Assembly (NCBI GenBank): GCA_964509645.1
Contig: CAZDXV010000001.1
Location: 81,890-131,918 of the forward strand
DNA length: 50,029 bases
DNA from: an uncultured Candidatus Saccharibacteria bacterium
GTDB taxonomy: Bacteria; Patescibacteriota; Minisyncoccia; Minisyncoccales; GWA2-38-27
Reading direction: 5' to 3'
Both the position numbers and the translations under genes were made by a program. Shown one piece after another: positions 18,603-27,484 of this stretch. The notes beneath the pieces are model-generated. The model searched no databases and had not been told where the DNA came from. It saw nothing but the letters and a program-made list of their open reading frames with translations. Numbering within the stretch: position 1 is the stretch's first letter; the number at the start of each line of letters is the position of its first letter.

Positions 18603-18925
18603 TCCCGGCAAGACCGTAAGCCGAATTCTGTTTTATGTGATCATCTATCTTTGCGAACTACTTTTTCCAGAAAAATGAGTCGTTTCTCGTTTTTCTGGTT
18701 TGTTCTTGCACCCAGAAAGGATTTAGCCGTTTCATTTCTGCGTTGCCGCAGAAGTATTCCTTGAAGGAATCATTAAGCGTTTCCGCCTAATGCGTTTCTG
18801 TTCGCACCTCTACTCCTTTTGGAGCGGCAGTTTTATCAACTGCTCCTGTTTAGAGCTCTTTTTGAGCAATGGGTGTTCGGACTTTCCTCTCCTTGTGTAA
18901 GGAGCGATCACTCATCTTACCGGGA
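18603..18925 (-). ncRNA. rnpB: RNase P RNA (bacterial type)
   Basis: The reverse complement contains both universally conserved P4 strands: GAGGAAAGUCCG (plus-strand cggactttcctc at 18878-18889) and ACAGAAUUCGGCUUACGG (plus-strand ccgtaagccgaattctgt at 18614-18631). The termini cccggtaag / cttgccggg can form P1. The region has no ORF and is locally GC-enriched. Confidence 0.9.
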
Positions 18926-19005
18926 TAGTTTTATTGTATCAGATTATGCTTTTTTGTCAACAGGTTTGAGTTATTATTACTTTTAAGATAAAATAGTAGA
19001 TTAAG

Positions 19006-20676
19006 ATGATAAAAAGAATCTTTAATTCAGAGACAAAGACAGTTACTTTTGCTGCCCTTTTAATAGCGGCTTCTGTTTTTATAAGCCGTGTTTTGGGTTT
19101 GGTTAGAGATAGGCTTTTAGCCGGGCGCTTTGGGGCGGGAGAGGAGCTTGATATCTATTTTGCGGCTTTTCGTATTCCAGATTTTATTTACGGTATTTTG
19201 ATTGTTGGAGGAATTACAGCAGCTTTTCTTCCTGTCTTTTCTGAATATTTTAATAAAAGAGAGGGGAAAGAGTGGCCCGATAAAGCTTTGGAGTTTGTTT
19301 CTAATGTGATTAATTCTTTTTTAGTTCTGCTTGTTTTAATATGCGGTATTCTGGCTCTTCTTACTCCTTTCCTTATTCGTTTTATAGCTCCTGGATTTTC
19401 GGAGGCCGGCAGAGAGCTTACTATTGATCTAACCAGAATAATGTTTTTAAGTCCTGTTTTGTTTGGGATTTCTTCTATCTTTTCTGGCGTTCTTCATTAT
19501 TTTAATAGGTTTTTGGCTTACTCTTTGGCTCCCATACTTTATAACTTAGGAATAATATTCGGTATTTTGTTTTTAGTTCCTTTATTCGGCGTTTACGGTT
19601 TAGTTTACGGAGTTATCTTGGGAGCTCTTTTTCATCTCTTAATACAGATTCCGGCAGCTTTGTCTGCCGGGTTTAAATACCGACTTATTTTAAACTTTAA
19701 GTTTCCTGGTTTAGTTAAGCTTTTATACTTAATGATTCCCAGGACCATAGGAACTGCGGCCTACCATATTAATTTAATAGTAATAACTTCTATAGCTTCT
19801 ACTTTGGCTGTAGGAAGCATTGCTATTTTCAACTTTTCTAATAATCTTCATTATGTTCCTATAGGCTTAATCGGAGTTTCTTTTGCGGTTTCCTCTTTTC
19901 CTGTTTTTTCTCGTTTTTGGGCTAACGGCCAAAGAAAAGAATTTTTGGATAACTTTTCTTTGTCTTTTCGCCAGATTATTTTTTTAATAGTTCCTGTTAT
20001 TTTTTTAATGTTTTTATTACGAGCTCAAATAGTACGTCTAGTTTTGGGAACAGGGGAGTTTGGATGGTGGGAAACTCGTTTAACAGCAGCTTGTTTAGGG
20101 CTCTTTGCTCTGGGTATTTTCGGAGGAAGTCTGAATCCTCTTTTGATACGCGCTTTTTTTGCTTTGCAGGATACCAAGACCCCTGTTTTAATAAGCGTTT
20201 TTTCTATGGCTTTGAATATTGTTTTAAGCTTCCTTTTTGTTTTTCTCTTGAAAGGATCTTTTTTGAGAGATTTCTTTGTCCAAGTTTTAAGACTAAAAGG
20301 TATTGAAAACATATCTGTTATAGGGCTGCCTTTGGCTTTGTCTCTGGCTGTCAGTTCGCAGCTTTTGCTTTTGTTTTTCTTTTTGTATAAAAAAATAGGG
20401 GATTTTAGGATAAGAGGCATTTTGGATTCTTTTGAAAGAGTGTTTTCTGCTTCTCTTGTTATGATAGCCGTATCCTATCTTGTCCGTCAGTTTACAGGGA
20501 GATTTTTAAGTCTTACTAATTTCTGGGAGGTTTTTCTGCAGACCTTGCTTACAATTCTTTCTGGAGCCCTCGTTTATTTTATTCTGGTTTTTGTTTTTAG
20601 GTCTCCTGAAACCGCTATCTTAAAATCATCCTTTTTAAAAAGATTTTTTTCTTTAAATGGACCAAAAAAAGATTAA
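19006..20676 (+). CDS. murJ: Lipid II flippase MurJ (MviN)
   Basis: 556 aa, about 14 TM segments. The N-terminus SRVLGLVRDRLLAGRFGAGEELDIYFAAFRIPDF is diagnostic of MurJ. Confidence 0.9.
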   Translation: MIKRIFNSETKTVTFAALLIAASVFISRVLGLVRDRLLAGRFGAGEELDIYFAAFRIPDFIYGILIVGGITAAFLPVFSEYFNKREGKEWPDKALEFVSNVINSFLVLLVLICGILALLTPFLIRFIAPGFSEAGRELTIDLTRIMFLSPVLFGISSIFSGVLHYFNRFLAYSLAPILYNLGIIFGILFLVPLFGVYGLVYGVILGALFHLLIQIPAALSAGFKYRLILNFKFPGLVKLLYLMIPRTIGTAAYHINLIVITSIASTLAVGSIAIFNFSNNLHYVPIGLIGVSFAVSSFPVFSRFWANGQRKEFLDNFSLSFRQIIFLIVPVIFLMFLLRAQIVRLVLGTGEFGWWETRLTAACLGLFALGIFGGSLNPLLIRAFFALQDTKTPVLISVFSMALNIVLSFLFVFLLKGSFLRDFFVQVLRLKGIENISVIGLPLALSLAVSSQLLLLFFFLYKKIGDFRIRGILDSFERVFSASLVMIAVSYLVRQFTGRFLSLTNFWEVFLQTLLTILSGALVYFILVFVFRSPETAILKSSFLKRFFSLNGPKKD

Positions 20677-22426
20677 TTTTTGCATTATTTCCCATATTGA
20701 TCACGGCAAGTCTACTTTAGCTGACCGTTTTTTGGAGCTGACCGGAGCTTTGAAGGGAAAAAAAATGAGACCCCAGTTTTTAGATTCAATGGATTTAGAA
20801 AGAGAAAGGGGGATTACTATAAAGCTTCAGCCCGTTAGAATAGAGTACAAGGGATATGTTTTGAATTTAGTGGATACTCCCGGCCACGTTGACTTTTCTT
20901 ACGAGGTTTCTAGATCTCTGGCTGCTGTAGAGGGAGCTGTTCTTTTGGTTGACGCTTCAAAAGGGATTCAGGCTCAAACATTGGCTAATCTGGAGTTGGC
21001 CCAGAAGCAAGATATTATTGTGATTCCGGCGGTAAATAAAATAGATCTTCCTCAGGGCCGGGTTGAAGAAACGGTAAAAGAAGTGGCAGATCTCCTTAAT
21101 ATTCCAAAAGAGGAGGTTTTAAAGATTTCAGCCAAAAAAGGGACTAACGTAGAAAAGCTTTTAGACAGAATTGTAGAAAAAATACCACCTTCAGAGGAAA
21201 ATTTAGACAGGCCTTTCAGAGCTTTGGTTTTCGATTCCGAGTACGATCTTTACAAAGGAGTTATAGCTTTTGTTAGAGTGGTAGACGGAGAGATTTTTAA
21301 AGGAGACAAGATAAGCTTTTTTGAAACAAAAGGAGAAGGAGATGTTAAGGACTTAGGATTTTTTGTTCCTGAGTTTTTATCTAAAAAAAAGCTTTCTGCC
21401 GGAGAAGTTGGCTATATTGCTACCGGGATTAAAGAAACAGGAGAGAGAAGAGTGGGAGATACTATTTTTAAGAAAGGGGACTCTATAGAACCCTTGTCCG
21501 GATACAAGGAGCCTCAGCCTATGGTTTTTACCAGTCTTTATCCTGAGAAGCCAAACGATTACGATTTGCTTAAAGAGGCCTTAGGAAAGCTTGAACTTAA
21601 TGATCCTTCTTTTACAGCAGAGCCTGAAACCAAGGAAGCTTTGGGAAGAGGATTTAGGTGCGGTTTTTTGGGCACTCTTCATGCGGAGATAATATCAGAA
21701 AGGCTAAAAAGGGAGTTTTCTTTAGACCTTGTGATATCCTCTCCTTCTGTTGTTTACTTTATAGAAAAAAGAGGAGAAGAGGAGAAAATATATTCGGCTT
21801 CCGACTGGCCTGATCCTACCGAAATAGACAAAGCCAAAGAACCCTGGGTAGAGCTTGAGATAATAAGTCCGGTTAAGTTCACGGGAGAGGTTTTAGAGCT
21901 TGCCAACAGTCTGGATGGCCAATACGCAGAGAGCCGCTATCTTGGCACAGAAAGGCTCATTGTAGTTTACGAAGCTCCTTTAAGGGAAATAATATCCGGC
22001 TTTTATGATAAGCTGAAAAGCTCCACAGAAGGCTTTGCTTCTTTGAATTACCGCTTTATAGGGTATAAGGAAGCTGATTTGGTAAAGCTGGAGATATTAA
22101 TAGCCGGAGTAAAAGAAGAGGCCTTTTCTAAAATAGTTCCAGAACATAAGGCTTTTTCTGAGGGGAAAAGCTTAGTTAAAAAGCTGAAAAAACATCTTCC
22201 GCCTCAGCAGTTTTCTGTGGCTTTGCAGGCTGTTGTAGGAGGAAAGATAATAGCCAGAGAAACCATTAGAGCCAGAAGAAAAGACGTTACATCTTCTTTA
22301 TACGGGGGAGACTACTCTCGCAAAAGAAAGCTTTTAGAGAAACAGAAGAAAGGAAAAAAGATGTTAAAAGAAAAAGGAAGGGTTAATATTCCTTCCAGTG
22401 TCTTTTTAAAGGTTTTTAAGGGTTGA
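20657..22426 (+). CDS. lepA: Elongation factor 4 (LepA)
   Basis: NFCIISHIDHGKSTLADR (G1), DTPGHVDF (G3), NKID (G4) and the LepA-specific C-terminal domain ...GGDYSRKRKLLEKQKKGKK. Confidence 0.95.
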   Translation: MDQKKINFCIISHIDHGKSTLADRFLELTGALKGKKMRPQFLDSMDLERERGITIKLQPVRIEYKGYVLNLVDTPGHVDFSYEVSRSLAAVEGAVLLVDASKGIQAQTLANLELAQKQDIIVIPAVNKIDLPQGRVEETVKEVADLLNIPKEEVLKISAKKGTNVEKLLDRIVEKIPPSEENLDRPFRALVFDSEYDLYKGVIAFVRVVDGEIFKGDKISFFETKGEGDVKDLGFFVPEFLSKKKLSAGEVGYIATGIKETGERRVGDTIFKKGDSIEPLSGYKEPQPMVFTSLYPEKPNDYDLLKEALGKLELNDPSFTAEPETKEALGRGFRCGFLGTLHAEIISERLKREFSLDLVISSPSVVYFIEKRGEEEKIYSASDWPDPTEIDKAKEPWVELEIISPVKFTGEVLELANSLDGQYAESRYLGTERLIVVYEAPLREIISGFYDKLKSSTEGFASLNYRFIGYKEADLVKLEILIAGVKEEAFSKIVPEHKAFSEGKSLVKKLKKHLPPQQFSVALQAVVGGKIIARETIRARRKDVTSSLYGGDYSRKRKLLEKQKKGKKMLKEKGRVNIPSSVFLKVFKG

Positions 22427-22555
22427 CTTGATTGAAAACAAGGAAAAAAAGGGCTAGAATAAAGGAGCAAGCACAAAGGAAAACATGCTTATTACAACTA
22501 GGGATATTAAGATAATCCAAACTGTTTTGAATACTTTTTGTTGATTCATAGTTTT

Positions 22556-22933
22556 ATGGTAGCAAAAAAAAGGAAAAAGGAAAAATCTAATTTATTCTCT
22601 GTATTGTTTCTTCTGTTGTTTTTCCTTTTAATTGCGGTTTTTTTAGGAATTACTAACTGGCGATTGAGTAAAAAGAGATCGGAACTCAATTCTAGAATAA
22701 CGGAGATTAAAGAAAATATCAAGCACTCTGAAGATAAAAAAGGAATTTTAGAGGAAAATCTTTCTAAAGCAGGAAGCCAACAGTTTATAGAAGAAAAAGC
22801 CAGAGAGGATCTGGGCTTTAAGAAGCCTAATGAAGATATGATAGTTATTACAAGAGAAGAGGAAGAGAAAGAAACAGAGGAAGAGAAAGAAAAGAAAGAG
22901 TGGTGGGAAAAGCTTAAGTTCTGGGATTATTAA
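22556..22933 (+). CDS. Septum formation initiator (FtsB/DivIC-like)
   Basis: One N-terminal TM segment, a coiled coil, and the FIEEKAREDLGFKKPNEDMIVI block typical of DivIC/FtsB. ATG 22556 is preferred over TTG 22538. Confidence 0.7.
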   Translation: MVAKKRKKEKSNLFSVLFLLLFFLLIAVFLGITNWRLSKKRSELNSRITEIKENIKHSEDKKGILEENLSKAGSQQFIEEKAREDLGFKKPNEDMIVITREEEEKETEEEKEKKEWWEKLKFWDY

Positions 22934-22934
22934 G

Positions 22935-23008
22935 GCGGGATTAGTATAACGGCAGTACGTAACCTTCCCAAGGTTGAAGCGCCGGTTCGATTCCGGTATC
23001 CCGCTCCA
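22935..23008 (+). tRNA. tRNA-Gly (anticodon CCC), CCA encoded
   Basis: Acceptor GCGGGAT/ATCCCGC, anticodon arm taacc-TTCCCAA-ggttg, T arm gccgg-TTCGATT-ccggt, 3' TCCA. Confidence 0.9.
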
Positions 23009-23080
23009 GCCAGCGTAGCTCAGGGGCAGAGCAACTCTTTCGTAAAGAGTAGGCCGTCAGTTCGAATCTGACCGCTGGCT
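23009..23080 (+). tRNA. tRNA-Thr (anticodon CGU), CCA not encoded
   Basis: Acceptor GCCAGCG/CGCTGGC, D arm tagctcaggggcagagca, anticodon arm actct-TTCGTAA-agagt, T arm gtcag-TTCGAAT-ctgac. It directly abuts tRNA-Gly. Confidence 0.9.
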
Positions 23081-23141
23081 CAATATATTGACTTTTCTTT
23101 TTGTAATGATAGAAAGAAAATGAACTGGAAAGGAGAAAGAA

Positions 23142-23348
23142 ATGAATAACTGCATAGTCAGTTGCTCTAGTTGCGGAACATGGATAGCTTCTTACGGGGT
23201 TGTCATCTCTTTCCTTAGTTCTAAAGAGAGAAAAAAGCTTTGGCTTAAGATTCAGAGAGAAGAAGAAGTTATCGTTAAATTTTTCGGAAAGTGTCCTCGA
23301 TGCACTGGTTGGGGAGACCGGAACTTATCTGCCAAGCTTGACGTTTAA
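23142..23348 (+). CDS. Small zinc-ribbon protein (hypothetical)
   Basis: 68 aa with CSSC...CPRC Cys pairs. SD ggagaaag upstream and the terminator ggtgctc-tagaa-ggagcacc plus T-run immediately downstream. Confidence 0.5.
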   Translation: MNNCIVSCSSCGTWIASYGVVISFLSSKERKKLWLKIQREEEVIVKFFGKCPRCTGWGDRNLSAKLDV

Positions 23349-23442
23349 TGGGTGCTCTAGAAGGAGCACCCCTTTTTTTGACATTCTGTTCTTTTTTCTG
23401 TATTATAACTTTGGTACATTGGAAACTTTAAGGAGAGAGAAA

Positions 23443-23844
23443 ATGAGAATGAGGGTAAGAACGGAGATTAGGCGGTTTCTTGAGAGAGAAGGTTCGCCTT
23501 TGTTTGCTGAGATTGAGGGCAAGATTGTGATCGAATGTTATTTTTCTGGAAATTGCTACGAGAAAGAGTTTTGTTTTCTTTTTGCCGGAGTGGATACCGG
23601 TTGGCATTATTTTCGAGTGGAAAAAGAAGGTGAAATATTTTTAGAAGCTCAAAACCTGATAAAATTAAAATTCTTGCTTTCTGATGCCGAGCGTCGCCTT
23701 ATTGACTTTTTCTTATCTTATATTTCCAACTGTATGAATGAGGCTTGGGAAGAAAGAAGAGAAAAAATCGGAACTTCCAGCGTGAATCTTGAAAGGGAGG
23801 TTTCCGAGGAGACTAAGGCCTTTTTAGACTTTCTGCTTGCCTGA
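23443..23844 (+). CDS. Hypothetical protein
   Basis: ATG 23443 is preceded by the aaggagagag SD and by TTGACA-N17-TATTAT at about 23380-23408. The longer track ORF from 23200 overlaps the previous gene and terminator, so the internal start is preferred. Confidence 0.5.
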   Translation: MRMRVRTEIRRFLEREGSPLFAEIEGKIVIECYFSGNCYEKEFCFLFAGVDTGWHYFRVEKEGEIFLEAQNLIKLKFLLSDAERRLIDFFLSYISNCMNEAWEERREKIGTSSVNLEREVSEETKAFLDFLLA

Positions 23845-24017
23845 GAACAAAAGGTAAGCTTTACAGATTCTTTCTCTTGACATAAATAACATGCCATGCC
23901 ATGCTAAGATCAATAGTGTTCTTAGCGAGAATGGCGAGGGGCTTTCTCGCAGGGGGCGATCTAAGTTTTGGTCGCCCCTTTTTTTATTCTCTAAAATATG
24001 GTATCTTAAAGTAAGAT

Positions 24018-25122
24018 ATGGCAGATTTAAAGGAAAAAATAGGGGAATTGGAAAAAAAGCTCCAGCATTTGCTGGACTGTCTTTGACGTTGAGGAGAAAA
24101 AAAAGAAAATAAAAGAATTTGAAAATGAGATTCAGAAGTCTGATTTCTGGGATGATAAAAACAGGGCAGCTTCTGTAAACCAGGAGCTTTCAGATTTAAA
24201 AGAAGAGGTTGAAGGGCTGGAAGAGATAGAAAAAGAGCTTTCTGAAATAAAAGAATTAAGCGATATTTCAGAAGAGGACGATCTTTTTTCTGAAATAGAA
24301 GAGAAAATATCTTCTTTAGAGAAGAGAATAAGGAAAGAAGAGTTTAAAACCTTTCTTTCTGGAAAGTATGATAAAAAGAACGCTATTTTACAGATACTTT
24401 CAGGAGCCGGAGGAGTTGACGCTCAGGATTGGGCTACAATACTTTTAAGGATGTATCAGAGATACTGCCAGAGAAAAGGATTCTCCTTTGAAGTTATAGA
24501 TCAGTCTTTTGGAGAAGGAGGAGGCCCTGACGGGAGAATAGGGACTAAATCTGCTACAATAAAGATTAAAGGATCCTATGCCTACGGTCTTTTTAAAAAA
24601 GAATCAGGAGTTCACCGCTTGGTGAGAATATCTCCCTTTTCAGCTAAGAGCCTGCGCCATACTTCTTTTGCTTTAGTAGAGGTTCTTCCCGTGATAGGAA
24701 AGGAAGAGGTTGAAGTAAAGCCCGAGGATTTAAAGGTAGATACTTTCAAAGCTTCAGGACCTGGAGGCCAGTATGTTAATAAAAGAGAATCTGCTATAAG
24801 GATAACCCATATTCCTACGGGAGTTGTAGTAAGCTCTCAAGCGGAAAGACTGCAGGGAAAGAACAGGGAGAAGGCAATGGAGGTTCTTTATTCTAAATTG
24901 TATAAGCTGGAAGAAGAAAAGAAAGAAAAGGAGCTTAAAAAAGTGAAAGGCGGAAATGTGTCCGTTTCCTGGGGAAACCAGATAAGATCCTACGTTCTTC
25001 ATCCTTATCAAATGGTAAAGGATTTAAGAACGGATGTTGAAACTTCCAGTGTTGAAGATGTTCTAGACGGAGATTTAGACCAATTTATTCTATCTGAAGT
25101 CAAATTAAATGATAAAGGTTAA
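24018..25122 (+). CDS. prfB: Peptide chain release factor 2, needing a programmed +1 frameshift: join(24018..24083,24085..25122)
   Basis: Frame 0 reads MADLKEKIGELEKKLQHLLDCL then UGA. The +1 frame continues DVEEKKKKIKEFENEIQKSDFWDD... into the listed ORF. RF2-specific SPF tripeptide (RISPFSA) and GGQ motif (SGPGGQYVN) are present. Confidence 0.93.
24081..24087 (+). promoter_or_regulatory. RF2 autoregulatory +1 frameshift site CUU UGA C
   Basis: ctt tga c at 24081-24087, identical to the canonical prfB slippery site. The frame changes from 0 to +1 exactly here. Confidence 0.9.
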
Positions 25123-25801
25123 AGGAGTCAGTAAAATATATCCTTCTTCTGAAAACGGGCCTACAGTGGCTTTGGATAATGTTTCTTTTGAGATAAAAGG
25201 AAAAGAGTTTGTTTCTTTGGTTGGAAGGTCGGGAGCGGGTAAGACTACTCTCTTGAAGATGATTTTAGGAGAGGAGTTTCCTACAGAGGGAGCAGTTGAG
25301 TTTGACGGGGTTGATGTTCCTTCTCTTAAGAAAGGGGAGCTTCCTCTCTTGAGAAGGAGAATAGGGACGGTTTTTCAGGATTACAAGCTTTTTGAGAATA
25401 AGACAGCTTATGAGAATGTAGCTTACGGCATGGAGGTTATAGGAGCTTCAGACAAAGAGATAAAAAGGGATGTTCCCCAGGTTTTAGAGCTTGTAGGATT
25501 GGGAGACAAATACTGCAACTTCCCGGCTGAGCTGTCAGGAGGAGAGAAGCAGAGATTGGGAATAGCCAGAGCTTTAATACACAGGCCGGATGTAATCTTA
25601 GCTGACGAGCCTACAGGGAACCTTGATCCTTACCACACGCATGATATTATCCGGTTGCTGATTAAGATATATCAGATGGACACTACTGTTATTCTGGCTA
25701 CTCACGACAAAGAGGTTATTAATTCTCTGGGCAAAAGAGTTATTACTTTAGACAAAGGAAAGGTTGTAAGAGATGAAGAAAGAGGAAGATTTGTATTATG
25801 A
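25109..25801 (+). CDS. ftsE: Cell-division ABC transporter ATP-binding protein FtsE
   Basis: GRSGAGKTT (Walker A), LSGGEKQR (signature), ILADEPTGNLD (Walker B). Followed by ftsX. Confidence 0.9.
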   Translation: MIKVKGVSKIYPSSENGPTVALDNVSFEIKGKEFVSLVGRSGAGKTTLLKMILGEEFPTEGAVEFDGVDVPSLKKGELPLLRRRIGTVFQDYKLFENKTAYENVAYGMEVIGASDKEIKRDVPQVLELVGLGDKYCNFPAELSGGEKQRLGIARALIHRPDVILADEPTGNLDPYHTHDIIRLLIKIYQMDTTVILATHDKEVINSLGKRVITLDKGKVVRDEERGRFVL

Positions 25802-26706
25802 TGACATCTTTAAAAAGAGTAATTAAATCGGGTCTTAAGGGGTTTTTAAGAAATACAGGGTTAACTGTAGCCACTCTTTTTATAATGCTCATGGTTATAT
25901 TCCTAATATCCTCTCTTTATCTTTTTAATCAGGCCGCAGACATATTAATATCTTCAATTCAAGATAAAGTAGATATTTCAGTTTATTTTAAAGATACTAC
26001 TTCTTCTCAGGATATAATTGAGTTTAAGTCGGAGTTGGATAACATGGAAGAGGTAAAGAATGTAGAGTATGTTACCAAAGAGGACGCTTTAGCTTCTTTT
26101 ACGGAAAGGCACAAGGATGATCCTGTTTTAATGGAGTCTTTGGCAGAGCTTGGAGCCAATCCTTTTTTAGCTTCTTTGAATATTAGGGCTTCTCAAGCTT
26201 CTCAGTACGAGCAGATAAACAGTTTTCTTGAGGATTCTTCTCTTGCTTCTTCAATTGAGAAGATAGATTATTACAGGAGAAAGCCTGTTATAGATAAGCT
26301 CTTTTCTTTAACTTCTTCTTTGAATAAAGGGGGATTGGTGTTTAGCTTAGTATTGGGTGTTATAGCTGTATTGGTAGCTTTTAATACTATAAGGATAGCT
26401 ATTTACAATTCAAAAGAGGAGATATCTGTTATGAGATTGGTTGGAGCTTCCAACTGGTTTATACGAGGTCCTTTTGTAATTCAGGGAATCATATCAGGTT
26501 TGGCTGCAGTTGTCATAGCTTTGATTTTAAGCTTGGTTCTTTCTTACTTTTTAGATTCTACAATAAGGGAGATAGCTCCTGATATTTCTATATTCCGTCT
26601 CTTTGTAGGGAACTTCTGGGTTTTGCTGTTAATTCAATTGTTGGTTGGAATAGGGTTAGGGGCTTTGTCCAGTTTGATAGCTGTTAGGAAGTATTTGAAG
26701 ATTTAA
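25798..26706 (+). CDS. ftsX: Cell-division permease FtsX
   Basis: 302 aa. N-terminal TM segment, a periplasmic domain (YVTKEDAL...NP), and three C-terminal TM segments with MRLVGASNWFIRGPF. Confidence 0.9.
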   Translation: MMTSLKRVIKSGLKGFLRNTGLTVATLFIMLMVIFLISSLYLFNQAADILISSIQDKVDISVYFKDTTSSQDIIEFKSELDNMEEVKNVEYVTKEDALASFTERHKDDPVLMESLAELGANPFLASLNIRASQASQYEQINSFLEDSSLASSIEKIDYYRRKPVIDKLFSLTSSLNKGGLVFSLVLGVIAVLVAFNTIRIAIYNSKEEISVMRLVGASNWFIRGPFVIQGIISGLAAVVIALILSLVLSYFLDSTIREIAPDISIFRLFVGNFWVLLLIQLLVGIGLGALSSLIAVRKYLKI

Positions 26707-26707
26707 T

Positions 26708-26776
26708 TGCCGGGTCATCTAATGGTAGGATACATGGTTCTGGACCATGGTATCTAGGTTCGAGTCCTAGCCCGGC
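26708..26776 (+). tRNA. tRNA-Gln (anticodon CUG)
   Basis: Acceptor GCCGGGT/GCCCGGC, anticodon arm catgg-TTCTGGA-ccatg, T arm ctagg-TTCGAGT-cctag, short 3-bp D stem. CCA is not encoded. Confidence 0.85.
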
Positions 26777-26832
26777 AGCAAACTTGTGATTGGTTCGAGA
26801 GATCGATATAGTTTAAATTCTAATTGAAAAAA

Positions 26833-27360
26833 ATGACAAATTGGACATTTAAGCAAAAATCAGATAATGATTTTATGGATTCTTTTTCTCCAGAAGTAAA
26901 GAAATATCTTGGTATTAAAGACGGGTTTCCCTCTGGAGATCCGGCACGTTGGTTATTAGATTCCTTTCAATTAATTAGTAAAGATTGGTCAAATAGTTAT
27001 GGTGATTATTCTTTTCTTGTGGTGCCAGCCTCTAAGGCTTTAGAATATTGGATTTTTAAAATTGCTGAGGATTTAGGTGTAAATACAAAAACAACAGATA
27101 AGGTTGGTGTAGTGATAGAGCGAATGGAGAAGGAGGTTGGGAAAATAACTAGTTTTCAAAATGAAAAAGAAAAGGAAGTTATTCAAAGAGATATAAATTT
27201 TTTAAAGAATTTTGTGAAAGAATATAGACATAACATTGTGCATTGCAGGAAGAAAATAGAAGGTATAGGTGCAGCAAAGAATAAAATAGCGACGATTTAC
27301 GAGAAGATCAATTCTATTACAGAAAAGTTGATTAATATAGAAAAAATTCATAGGGAATAA
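26833..27360 (+). CDS. Hypothetical protein with a HEPN-like Rx4H motif (candidate RNase/defence protein)
   Basis: 175 aa from ATG 26833. It has a C-terminal EYRHNIVHC (R-x4-H) in a predicted helical protein. It is the first gene after tRNA-Gln in the AT-rich region. Confidence 0.4.
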   Translation: MTNWTFKQKSDNDFMDSFSPEVKKYLGIKDGFPSGDPARWLLDSFQLISKDWSNSYGDYSFLVVPASKALEYWIFKIAEDLGVNTKTTDKVGVVIERMEKEVGKITSFQNEKEKEVIQRDINFLKNFVKEYRHNIVHCRKKIEGIGAAKNKIATIYEKINSITEKLINIEKIHRE

Positions 27361-27380
27361 ATATTTTAGTTAGTTTTGAG

Positions 27381-27412
27381 ACAAAAACCTCGGTTTTAGC
27401 CGAGGTTTTTGT
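27381..27412. terminator. Bidirectional terminator between convergent genes
   Basis: acaaaaacctcgg-ttttag-ccgaggtttttgt, a perfect 13-bp stem. Confidence 0.75.
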
Positions 27413-27484
27413 TCCTCATGGACACAGTATATTTTTTCACAAAAATACCCAATAATAGGTCTGTTGGTACTTGGCTATGCCAGC

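Noticed and set aside
23891-24112. 73-aa ORF spanning the prfB start.
   Set aside because: It is out of frame with both prfB segments. The region is fully explained by the terminator-containing leader and the prfB frame-0 peptide plus frameshift site.
27394-27399. The hairpin loops read gttttag/gctttag (27381-27412, 29210-29235, 33649-33662), reminiscent of type II CRISPR repeat starts.
   Set aside because: These are single isolated hairpins at gene ends with T-runs, i.e. terminators. There are no regularly spaced repeats or spacers and no cas genes. The similarity among them is limited to about 10 nt.
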